A stretch of DNA of 63,932 nt, the filler included, from an uncultured bacterium (lineage in GTDB: Bacteria; Latescibacterota; UBA2968), in NCBI GenBank assembly GCA_964471275.1. It is 5 parts of 5 records of this genome, joined end to end, with 100 filler letters (N's around TTAATTAATTAA, not from the genome) between each part and the next. Parts side by side here need not be neighbours in the genome. Positions count along the whole stretch, not along the records: positions 1 to 14,339 come from CAYYGZ010000116.1; positions 14,440 to 28,756 come from CAYYGZ010000117.1; 3 more parts are not named here. One strand, written 5' to 3'. The position numbers were made by a program, and so were the translations under genes. Every line of letters begins with the position of its first letter. The first letter of the stretch is position 1. Under the pieces are notes generated by a model. The model was given only the letters and a program-made list of their open reading frames with translations. It was not told where the DNA came from and did no database searches. Positions 9,405-17,766 of this stretch are shown here, piece after piece.

Positions 9405-10010
9405 ATGAGCAGGCGCATCGCCACAGTCGTTCTCGCTGCAGGTATGTCCAGGCGGATGGGACAGCCGAAACAGTTGCTGCCGTTTGGGGGTAGTACGGTC
9501 CTCCGGACTGTCCTCAAAATGCTACAGTCCGTTTCCGGTCGAGGAGATGTCGTCGTGGTTCTGGGTCACCGAGCGGATGAGGTTCGTAAGGTTCTTCCTG
9601 CGGAGGTCCGCTACGTGATCAACGAGGCATATGCGGAAGGCATGTTCTCGAGCGTTCTTGCGGGGTTGGCGTCGCTGGACGAGGACGTGGAAGGGATGCT
9701 CTTGCTGCTGGGTGACCAGCCTCAGATCAGAGCTTCCGTCGTGCAGGCGGTCCTGGACAGGTGGGAGCAGACGGACAAGGGAATCGTGATTCCGGAGGTG
9801 GGTGGTAAGCGCGGACACCCCATCCTGGTCGATGTGAGACGCTATGGTGAGGCGATCCGGTCGCTCGATGGATCGGAGGGAATGAAGCCGATTGTGCGTG
9901 GCTACCCTGAGGATACCGCCGTTGTCATCCTGGGAGACGAATCGATTCTGAGAGATCTGGACACACCCGAAGACTACGAGTTGGAAATCAAGCTGCGAAA
10001 TGATGCGTAA
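9405..10010 (+). CDS. MobA/MocA-like nucleotidyltransferase (molybdenum cofactor cytidylyltransferase-like)
   Basis: VVLAAGMSRRMGQPKQLL, GMFSS, LGDQP, GKRGHP, DLDTPEDY. Confidence 0.9.
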   Translation: MSRRIATVVLAAGMSRRMGQPKQLLPFGGSTVLRTVLKMLQSVSGRGDVVVVLGHRADEVRKVLPAEVRYVINEAYAEGMFSSVLAGLASLDEDVEGMLLLLGDQPQIRASVVQAVLDRWEQTDKGIVIPEVGGKRGHPILVDVRRYGEAIRSLDGSEGMKPIVRGYPEDTAVVILGDESILRDLDTPEDYELEIKLRNDA

Positions 10011-10022
10011 CGCGGGGGATGT

Positions 10023-11492
10023 ATGGCTGAACGACTGAACTATCGGTCTCTGAGCGAGTTTGTCACCGATCTGGATGCTGCGGGAGAGTTGGTGAGAATA
10101 TCCGAGCCCGTCGATCCAGAACTGGAGGTGGCCGAGATTTCGGATCGGGTGATGAAGCAGCCCGGGGGTGGCAAAGCCTTGTTGTTTACGAACGTCAAGG
10201 GGAGCGATATCCCCCTGGGGATCAATCTCTTCGGTTCTCGGAAACGGATGAGTATGGCGCTTGGTGTCGCCGAATTGAACGAGATTGGCGATCGGTTGTC
10301 GGGTATGCTGAAGCTCGAAGTACCCGATTCGCTGATGGGAAAGCTGGCCATGCTTCCGATGCTCAAGGAGATGGCCGGGTTCCCACCCCGTTCCGTGCGA
10401 TTCGGGCCCTGTCAGGAAGTTGTGATGCAGGGAGATGATGTCGATCTGAACAAGCTCCCGATTATTACCTGCTGGCCTGATGATGGTGGCCCCTATGTTA
10501 CTCTTCCTCTCGTGATCACGAAGGATCCCGAGTCGAACGCCCGGAATGTCGGTATGTATCGCCTGCAGAAGCTGGATGCGAAGACCACCGGCATGCACTG
10601 GCAGCGACACAAGACCGGTGCCAGGCACTTCGAACTGGCCAGGAAGAAGGGAGAACGGCTCGAGGTCGCGGTCGCCCTCGGCGGAGATCCGGCAACCATT
10701 TTCAGCGCCACTGCCCCTCTGCCACCGGCGATTGACGAATTTCTCTTTACGGGTTTTCTGCGTCGTCGGCCGATGGAACTCGTGAAGGGAATTACGGTTG
10801 ATCTTGAAGTGCCCTCAGAGGCCGATATCGTTCTCGAAGGATATGTAGATCCGACTGAGGATCCGATTTTGGAAGGGCCGTTCGGGGATCACACCGGCTT
10901 CTATTCACTGGCCGATATGTATCCGGCTTTCCACGTGACTGCTGTGACGATGCGCCGAGAACCGATCTATCCCACGACGATTGTCGGCAAACCCCCGATG
11001 GAGGATTTCTACCTCGGCCACGCAACCGAACGCATCTTTCTTCCGTTAACGCAACTGATCCTGCCCGAGATTGTCGACTACCACATGCCGGCAGCCGGCA
11101 TCTTCCACAACCTCGTGTTCGTGTCGATCGACAAGGAGTATCCTGGCCACGCCCACAAGGTCATGAATGGTCTCTGGGGTCTGGGGCAGATGATGCTCGC
11201 AAAGGTGATCGTGATCGTCGACAAGGATGTGAATGTCCAGGATCCTGAGGAAGCCTGGTGGGTCGCTCTGAACAACATCGATCCGGAGCGGGATGTTCGT
11301 TTTACGCCCGGTCCTGTGGATGTCCTCGATCATGCCAGCCGAGCCTTCACGTTTGGCAGCAAGATGGGCATCGACGCGACGACAAAATGGCCAGAGGAGG
11401 GTTTTGACCGGGAGTGGCCCGATAAGATCGAAATGAGTGACGAAGTGAAGGCCAGGATCGATGGGATGTGGACACGGTTGGGAATCGAGTAG
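10023..11492 (+). CDS. UbiD-family decarboxylase, menaquinone (futalosine pathway) type
   Basis: INLFGS, RNVGMYR, MHWQRHK, EGPFGDHTGFYS, VGKPPMED, LDHAS...GSKMGIDAT. Confidence 0.9.
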   Translation: MAERLNYRSLSEFVTDLDAAGELVRISEPVDPELEVAEISDRVMKQPGGGKALLFTNVKGSDIPLGINLFGSRKRMSMALGVAELNEIGDRLSGMLKLEVPDSLMGKLAMLPMLKEMAGFPPRSVRFGPCQEVVMQGDDVDLNKLPIITCWPDDGGPYVTLPLVITKDPESNARNVGMYRLQKLDAKTTGMHWQRHKTGARHFELARKKGERLEVAVALGGDPATIFSATAPLPPAIDEFLFTGFLRRRPMELVKGITVDLEVPSEADIVLEGYVDPTEDPILEGPFGDHTGFYSLADMYPAFHVTAVTMRREPIYPTTIVGKPPMEDFYLGHATERIFLPLTQLILPEIVDYHMPAAGIFHNLVFVSIDKEYPGHAHKVMNGLWGLGQMMLAKVIVIVDKDVNVQDPEEAWWVALNNIDPERDVRFTPGPVDVLDHASRAFTFGSKMGIDATTKWPEEGFDREWPDKIEMSDEVKARIDGMWTRLGIE

Positions 11493-11640
11493 GGTGCAGC
11501 GGTATAGGGTACAGGGTGGAGCGCACAACAAGAAGCTGTAGCGCAAGGAGCGGGAAGGGACGCAAACCACTCGCGACGAGGCGGTCGATCCAGGCAAGTT
11601 CGGGAGTTGATCCTGTCATCCGTTATCTCAGAAGGGAATC

Positions 11641-12708
11641 ATGAGCACACCAGAAATCCCACCACAGGTCTGGGCGGCACTTCGGACGGGGAAGGTGATT
11701 CCCGCGCATCCACTCGCGCTCGACGCGAATCGGGATCTTGATGAGCGCAGGCAGCGCGCGCTGTCTCGCTATTATATAGACGCTGGTGCTGGGGGGCTGG
11801 CTGTGGGTGTGCACACGACACAGTTTGAGATCCGGGAACCGGAATTCGCGCTGTATGAGCCTGTCCTGCGACTCGCACACGAGGAGATGATCCACCGGGC
11901 AGATGCGAGCTTTGTGAAAATTGCGGGAATCAGCGGGAACACAGAACAGGCGGTCAACGAAGCGTCACTCGCATCCGATATTGGATACGATATCGGACTG
12001 GTCAGTTTGGCGGCGATGAAGGATGCGGATGACGCTACTCTGGTCGAACACTGTCGAGCGGTAGCTGAAGTGATTCCCGTGATGGGATTCTATCTGCAGC
12101 CGGCCGTCGGTGGACGCATCCTGCCATACGCTTTCTGGCGGCAATTTGCCGAGATCGAAGGTGTGGTCGCAATCAAGATGGCGCCCTTCAATCGCTACCA
12201 GACACTCGATGTTCTACGCGGCGTTGCGAATTCTGGGAGGGCAAGCGAAATCTCGCTATACACGGGTAACGATGACAACATTATCGTTGATCTTCTGAGT
12301 CGGTTTCGGTTTTCGACTGAGTCGGGTCCTCTTGAGTTGGATATCACTGGCGGTCTGTTGGGTCATTGGGCGGTGTGGACCAAAGCGGCCGCGGACCAAC
12401 TCCGAGAGTGTCAGGCGATCAAGTCGAACAGTTCCGGAATTCCGAGCAATATGCTGAGGCTTGCGTCGGAGGTAACGGACAGCAATGCCGCGTTCTTTGA
12501 TGTGGCTCACAGCTTTGCGGGATGCATCGCGGGAATTCATGAGGTCCTGAGGCGACAGGGCATACTCGACGGGACGTGGTGTCTGAATCCGGACGAGGGT
12601 CTATCCCCGGGCCAAATGGAAGAGCTTGATCGGGTCTACGTATCCTACCCTCACCTGAACGATGACGCATTCGTAGAGGAGCATCGAGACCGCTGGCTGT
12701 CAGGTTGA
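11641..12708 (+). CDS. Dihydrodipicolinate synthase-family (class I aldolase) protein
   Basis: VIPAHPLAL, GLAVGVHTTQF, GFYLQPAVGG, AIKMAPFN, YTGNDD. Confidence 0.85.
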   Translation: MSTPEIPPQVWAALRTGKVIPAHPLALDANRDLDERRQRALSRYYIDAGAGGLAVGVHTTQFEIREPEFALYEPVLRLAHEEMIHRADASFVKIAGISGNTEQAVNEASLASDIGYDIGLVSLAAMKDADDATLVEHCRAVAEVIPVMGFYLQPAVGGRILPYAFWRQFAEIEGVVAIKMAPFNRYQTLDVLRGVANSGRASEISLYTGNDDNIIVDLLSRFRFSTESGPLELDITGGLLGHWAVWTKAAADQLRECQAIKSNSSGIPSNMLRLASEVTDSNAAFFDVAHSFAGCIAGIHEVLRRQGILDGTWCLNPDEGLSPGQMEELDRVYVSYPHLNDDAFVEEHRDRWLSG

Positions 12709-12729
12709 GTCGGGGGATAGCGGAACAAG

Positions 12730-12765
12730 AAGACGGGAGATGGCCTTCGGGGCATCTCCCGTCTT
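12730..12765. terminator. Hairpin terminator between convergent genes
   Basis: AAGACGGGAGATG ... CATCTCCCGTCTT 13-bp stem with a TTCG-containing loop. Confidence 0.8.
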
Positions 12766-12802
12766 GTGTTTACGGGACTATTGCTTCCCCGCTGACCCAG
12801 TT

Positions 12803-13195
12803 TCAGCTGTTCCGAAGAATTCTTCTGTGGAAGGAGATCGCGTCTTGGATGTGGGTATCCCAATAGTCCCAAGTGTGAGCGCCCGGGAATTCCTGGTATT
12901 CGTGGGGGATTTCGAGTGAATCGAGGTGCCGCACGTAGGTACGATTATCCTCGATCAGGTCGTCCTCAGTTCCACAATCGATCCAGAGGTTCGGCAGGAT
13001 TCTGGGATCGGCTCTATCTGCAATTCCGTAGAGGCAGTCGTTCCCCCCTTCGGGAGCATCACCGAAGATCAGCGGGGAATCGGGGAAGTCGACGGCTCGG
13101 TTACCATCGAGATCCGAACGTCGAACACCCGATGCCGCAAGAGGAAGGACCTGCGCGAAGAACACAAGCACGAGAATATAAAATCGCTTCGTGAC
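12803..13195 (-). pseudogene. Chimeric ORF: signal peptide plus dockerin/EF-hand-like start joined to the C-terminal half of an alpha/beta-hydrolase esterase
   Basis: KRFYILVLVFFAQVLPLAA..SDLDGNRAVDFPD then SPLIFG...WIDCGTEDDL..N..HEYQEFPGAHTWDYWD. No GxSxG nucleophile segment is present. Confidence 0.6.
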
Positions 13196-13205
13196 CGATC
13201 AGAGA

Positions 13206-14339
13206 TCAGTCCGCGGTCTTTCCTTCGGTGCCTGTGATGTGCCACGATCGGGAGAGATCCTGGCTGTGTACCATCTTCGCATACAATCCGCCCTCCTCCA
13301 TCAGCAGGTCGTGAGTTCCAGACTCGACGATCGTGCCCCTGTCCAAAACGATGATTCGGTCCGCGTTCCGAATGGTGGACAACCGATGCGCAATCACCAC
13401 AGTGGTGCGATTGTGAGTCAGGGCCTGGATCGCTTCCTGGATTAGCGATTCGGTTTCCGCGTCGACTGACGATGTCGCCTCGTCGAGGATCAGGATGGGC
13501 GCGTCCTTCAGGATTGCTCTCGCGATCGACAGGCGCTGCTTCTGTCCCCCAGAAAGCCGAACACCTCGCTCACCAATGACCGCATCATAGCCATCCGGCA
13601 GATTCTGGATGAACTCCGACGCATTCGCTGCACGCGCAGCTTCGATCAACTCGTCCTCCGACGCTTCGGGCCGACCGAACAGGATGTTGTCCCGCACGCT
13701 GCCGTGGAAGAGGAAGACGTCCTGCAGGACGCTCGCGATGTTCTCCCGCAAGAAGTCCAGTTTCAAATCCCGGATGTCGTGCTTTCCGATTCGGATGCTG
13801 CCGTCCTGAACGTCCCAGAACCGTGGGATCAGGTTGGAGATTGTCGTTTTGCCGGCTCCGGTCTGTCCAACCAGGGCAACGACCTGACCTGGCTCAACGG
13901 GGAAGCTGATCTCCCTAAGTACGGGTATGCCCGGCTCGTATCCGAATCTGACCCGATCGAACTCGATGCGCCAGTCCACGCCGTGGGGCGATTTGGCGCC
14001 GGGCCTGTCCACGATCTCAGGTTCGACTGCAAGAAGCTCGAAGACGCGAGTCGTGCTGGCCGCCGCTTTCTGCAGCACATCGTTGATCGATGCGAGTTGC
14101 AGGAAGGGCTGGTAGATGTGCCCCAGATACACGATGAAGACAAAGAGGTCGGCAACCGAGATTCGACCCTCGAAGGCCATCTCGCCTCCGGACCAGATAA
14201 CCAGGACAATACCGAGTCCGCCGGTTGCTTCGATGATTCCAGCAGGCATTAACGAGACGTTGTTTGCGGCAAGGAGCGAATCGCGATGGGCGGCGCTTCG
14301 TCCGGTGACCAGAGCGGCGCGCGACCGCTCCTGAACAAA
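13206..14339 (-). CDS. ABC exporter (permease plus ATPase, MsbA-like), 5' truncated at scaffold end
   Basis: GQTGAGKTT, LSGGQKQR, ILILDEATS, IAHRLST; the frame stays open to the N gap. Confidence 0.9.
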   Translation of the reverse strand, partial: FVQERSRAALVTGRSAAHRDSLLAANNVSLMPAGIIEATGGLGIVLVIWSGGEMAFEGRISVADLFVFIVYLGHIYQPFLQLASINDVLQKAAASTTRVFELLAVEPEIVDRPGAKSPHGVDWRIEFDRVRFGYEPGIPVLREISFPVEPGQVVALVGQTGAGKTTISNLIPRFWDVQDGSIRIGKHDIRDLKLDFLRENIASVLQDVFLFHGSVRDNILFGRPEASEDELIEAARAANASEFIQNLPDGYDAVIGERGVRLSGGQKQRLSIARAILKDAPILILDEATSSVDAETESLIQEAIQALTHNRTTVVIAHRLSTIRNADRIIVLDRGTIVESGTHDLLMEEGGLYAKMVHSQDLSRSWHITGTEGKTAD

Positions 14340-14439
14340 NNNNNNNNNNNNNNNNNNNNNNNNNNNNNNNNNNNNNNNNNNNNTTAATTAATTAANNNNN
14401 NNNNNNNNNNNNNNNNNNNNNNNNNNNNNNNNNNNNNNN
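14340..14439. other. Artificial scaffold linker
   Basis: N-run containing TTAATTAATTAA (stops in all six frames). Confidence 0.95.
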
Positions 14440-14559
14440 CACGCTCATTTCAGCGGTGCCCTGAATCAGCGCATTGGCAGCGTGCAGGCGTTCTTCATCC
14501 ACCAACTGCGGCACGATGGCTGATGATGCAGGCCAGAAAAACGCGTCCACCACACCGAA

Positions 14560-15385
14560 CAGCAGTGCTGTCAGGTAGATCCACAGTTGAAAAACGATCA
14601 TCACGCCGAGCGTACCCGTAACACGGTTGTAGTAACTGAATTTTGATACATAGGTTCCGAATGCCTGGGACAACCCGAACCAGAGAATCGAGAAAGAAAC
14701 CGCCCCCGGCAGTACTGCCAACAATCGCGGACGGCAGTTGGGGGCGATTCGGTAGATCACCGCGGCCATGGAGATGACGCCCAGGAAGCCGGCTGGCATC
14801 TTGAGCTGGGAGACCATCCAGGGAACGTAGTCCTCAAGTCCNNNNNNNNNNNNNNNNNNNNNNNNNNNNNNNNNACGAGACGACAAGTCCGAGCCCCACA
14901 CCGAACATCAGACCGACAGAGAGAAGTCTGCGATACCAGAATGACCTCAGCTCGGTAAGCTCGTAAGCCCGATTCAGCGCCTTGATCGTTGCGTTGATCG
15001 CGCTGGAAGCTGCCCAGACCGCGCCCAGGAATCCAAGAGTCAGGAGCTGTTGGGAACTCGTCGCAACGAGTGCGCTGACGTTGGACTCTACCATGTTCCG
15101 CACTTCTTCGTGCAGGAAGACGCCGATTACCTCGAGCGAATTGGACACGGCCTCTGGCGAAACATCAAGCAGACCCGCCAGCGTGGCGGCAAACAGGGCA
15201 GCAGGAAAGATCGAGAACGAAAAGTCGAAGGCCATTTCACCCGCAACTTCCGTGCAATCGTGTTTGACCGCCCGGACCAGAACATCCTTCAGGACGCGAG
15301 TAGGATTTCGCCATCCGGAAGCCTTCTCTGCGACGCTCAGGCCCTTGATGGCCCTCCCCTGCTTGCTGACTTCTGGTGCCCCCAT
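14560..15385 (-). CDS. YihY/virulence factor BrkB family membrane protein (internal N gap; 3' end chimeric)
   Basis: AGEMAF..FSIFP, WAASS..IKALNRAY..RSFW, IYRIAPN, LPGA, YV..FS.YN..G.LG..I..LWIYL. Confidence 0.85.
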
Positions 15386-15736
15386 TTCTGCTCCAGAACA
15401 TGACACAGCTCGGTCCCGAGACCGTTTTCCTGCACAATAGCTCGATCCTCAGACACTAGCGTAGAACTGCCGTAATCTAAGGTTTTAGAACACTTGAATC
15501 AACGGGAAAGGCCTGCTGGCAACTCGCGGATAGGTCGCAAGAGAGAGGGATGCGTTGGTATCAAAGGGGGCGATTGCAGAAACGGGGTGTCTGATTCACC
15601 GTGCCAAGGCCTGGCGTCCCCGGGGCAAGGGCCCGGGACCTCCTTCTTGCCACGACCTGCCCCCTTTTGCTTCGCACACGGGCACACGCCAGGCGTGCGG
15701 ATCCAGGCAAGGTCATCCCAACAATCGGTGATGTAT

Positions 15737-15775
15737 AAAAAAGCAGGCGAGCACCGATCCTACGATGCTCGCCTG
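15737..15775 (-). terminator. Rho-independent terminator of the sigma factor gene
   Basis: CAGGCGAGCA..TGCTCGCCTG stem followed by T6 on the minus strand. Confidence 0.8.
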
Positions 15776-15799
15776 GGAGAACGATTCACTCTTGCATAC

Positions 15800-16672
15800 C
15801 TACAGAAGGTCGTGCCAGTTTTCCCCCGGGATGCGCTGCTTCAGGTGACGTTTGAGCTTACCCAGTGCGCGATTTCGTATCTGGCGCACACGCTCACGGG
15901 TAACCCCCAGATTCCCGCCGATCTCACCCAGGGTCCGTCTTTCGTCACCATCCAGACCAAAATAGGCGCGGATAACCTCTCCCTCACGCGGATCCAGACA
16001 GCTGGTAAGCGACTCCTTCACCAGATCGTCCCGATTCCGGTCATTCACGTGGACATCCGGTTCAGGTCCCTCGGTCTTGAGGACATGAAGCAGATTCTGC
16101 TCACCGGAAGGCTCCAACGGAGATTCCAGGGAGAGATCTGTTCGGACACAGCGCAGGGCGCGCTCCGCCCGTTCACGGCTGATCTTCATGTCTACCGCGA
16201 CCTCCTCGAGCGTCGGCACGCGGCCCAGTTCCTGTGTCATCTGACCCCAGCGGCGGGCCATCCGGTCCATATCCTCCTGCCGATTGGCGGGCATCGTAAC
16301 GGTTGAGGTCTTCTTGAGGGCATTCAGGATCGCCTGACGAATCCACCAGACGGCATAGCTGATGAATTTGAACCCACGCTTCTCGTCGAACCGCTTCAGC
16401 GCCTCGATCAGCCCGACGTTTCCTTCGGCGATAAGGTCCGAAAGCTGTACGCCGCGGCCCTGATACTGGAGGGCGACACTCACCACAAAGCGGAGATTCG
16501 CCGTCAGAAGAGACTCGACAGCCTTGGAATCTCCCTTCCGTGCCCGTCGGAGCGTCTCCTCTTCCTGCGGACGGGTCATCGGGGGATAATTTCTGAGTTC
16601 CTTCAGATACCGTTGGACGGACGCTTCATTGTCAAAGCGCTTCCGATCCCCATTTCCGCCGTCGTGTTTCAA
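15800..16672 (-). CDS. RNA polymerase sigma factor, short RpoD/SigA-family (alternative sigma70)
   Basis: ANLRFVVSVA, DLIAEGNVGL, RGFKFISYAVWWIRQAI, TLGEIG..GVTRERVRQI. Confidence 0.92.
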   Translation of the reverse strand: MKHDGGNGDRKRFDNEASVQRYLKELRNYPPMTRPQEEETLRRARKGDSKAVESLLTANLRFVVSVALQYQGRGVQLSDLIAEGNVGLIEALKRFDEKRGFKFISYAVWWIRQAILNALKKTSTVTMPANRQEDMDRMARRWGQMTQELGRVPTLEEVAVDMKISRERAERALRCVRTDLSLESPLEPSGEQNLLHVLKTEGPEPDVHVNDRNRDDLVKESLTSCLDPREGEVIRAYFGLDGDERRTLGEIGGNLGVTRERVRQIRNRALGKLKRHLKQRIPGENWHDLL

Positions 16673-16717
16673 CAGCCGTCCTCCTCTTAGGCATAAGCAA
16701 GTTCACGTCGCAATTGA

Positions 16718-16742
16718 AACGCACGAGGGCTGTCAAAGTTCC
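16718..16742 (-). promoter_or_regulatory. Candidate ECF-sigma promoter for the sigma gene
   Basis: Minus strand GGAAC-N17-GTT about 45 nt upstream of the start. Confidence 0.4.
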
Positions 16743-17045
16743 CCTTCAGCCTACGATCGACACCCTCGTTTGTCCTACACCTTTCTTAGACAATACCTTA
16801 CTTAATACTGTTTCAGTAAGAATTCGACACATACAGGAAGGCCTCCTCTAGTTTTATCGGCAGAATGTAGTTGAAAATAAAACGGTTACACTCGGATTCA
16901 GGGGATCGGGTGTGTGGTGTGGACACCCCCGGAACACCCGCCCCTGGCTCATCCTGTCCCCCGCCTCACGCGCCCTTGCCTCTGTTGTACAGAGAAAACC
17001 CCCAGGGCGATGCTTACACATCTCTCCCCGGAGGCATTCTAGCAC

Positions 17046-17122
17046 TGGTGGGACATGCGGGATTCGAACCCACGACCTCTCGCTCCGGAGGCGAGTACTC
17101 TATCCAGCTGAGCTAATGTCCC
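17046..17122 (-). tRNA. tRNA-Arg(CCG)
   Basis: GGGACAT acceptor stem, TAGCTCAGCTGGATAGAG D arm, CTCGC-CT-CCG-GA-GCGAG anticodon arm, GGTTCGAATCC T loop, encoded CCA. Confidence 0.97.
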
Positions 17123-17149
17123 CAAAGCCGTCGTTTAATGACGGGTCAC

Positions 17150-17245
17150 CTAACGGGCCTTCTTCTTGTGCCGATCTCTTCTACGTCTCTTCTTGCGCTT
17201 GTGCGTAGCGATCTTCTGTCTTTTGCGCTTTTTTCCGCTTGGCAA
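17150..17245 (-). CDS. 30S ribosomal protein bS22 (AURKAIP1/COX24-domain), 31 aa, absent from the ORF track
   Basis: TTG start after AAGGAG; MPSGKKRKRQKIATHKRKKRRRRDRHKKKAR*. Confidence 0.88.
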   Translation of the reverse strand: MPSGKKRKRQKIATHKRKKRRRRDRHKKKAR

Positions 17246-17257
17246 ATCTCAGCTCCT

Positions 17258-17560
17258 TTAGGACTCCGAAGACCAGTCACCGTGACCGTCTTCTATTGCT
17301 GTTCTGAGTTCTCTCGATGGCTTGAAGACCGGGACTGGCCGTTCCGGAATCCTCACAACATCGCCCGTTTTCGGGTTCCTGCCTGTCCGGCTTGCGCGTT
17401 TAACAACTTTGAACGTGCCAAAGCCGCGAATCTCGATATGATCTCCAGCTATGAGCGCGTCGACGACCGACCCCAGGAAACCTTCTAAAACAGTCGCGGT
17501 ATCGGTCTTCGTCATTCCCGTTGCATCGGCGATCCGATTGACGATATCGGCCTTGGTCAC
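17258..17560 (-). CDS. hup: HU family DNA-binding protein
   Basis: GTG start; TKADIV..IA, IEIRGFGTF, RTGRNPKTG..V.IP..VPVFKPS. Confidence 0.93.
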   Translation of the reverse strand: MTKADIVNRIADATGMTKTDTATVLEGFLGSVVDALIAGDHIEIRGFGTFKVVKRASRTGRNPKTGDVVRIPERPVPVFKPSRELRTAIEDGHGDWSSES

Positions 17561-17628
17561 TATCCCTCTCTCTATCCGCCGCTCAAAGACATTCGAACCA
17601 CGTCCAAGGAGGCCGAGTATGTGACGTA

Positions 17629-17656
17629 AGTTATAACATACCCAGTATGTTGTCAA
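17629..17656 (-). promoter_or_regulatory. sigma70 promoter of the hup-bS22-tRNA unit with a palindrome in the spacer
   Basis: TTGACA-N17-TAACTT on the minus strand; perfect IR AACATAC-CCA-GTATGTT at 17635-17651. Confidence 0.55.
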
Positions 17657-17766
17657 CAACCCGCCTCTGCACCGCACTCACACGTTACCCGTTCCGTTCG
17701 CCTGGGCTACCGAGCTTCAATCACCATGGAGCGCTCCTGGATCAATCACTCTAGAGCCATTGACTC

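Noticed and set aside
9522..10628. 368-aa minus-strand ORF and the many similar antisense ORFs (e.g. 345..1160, 15494..16306, 18964..19836, 60386..61456)
   Set aside because: They shadow well-supported genes on the opposite strand, as expected in GC-rich DNA.
15490..15720. GC-rich intergenic region with complementary blocks (AAAGGGGGC/GCCCCCTTT, CCTGGCGT/ACGCCAGG) as a riboswitch
   Set aside because: The pairings cross each other, and I found no cobalamin or other riboswitch core and no clear promoter. Unresolved, not supported.
17561..17677. N-terminal extension of HU in the ORF track
   Set aside because: It overlaps the promoter; the canonical HU start is GTG at 17560.
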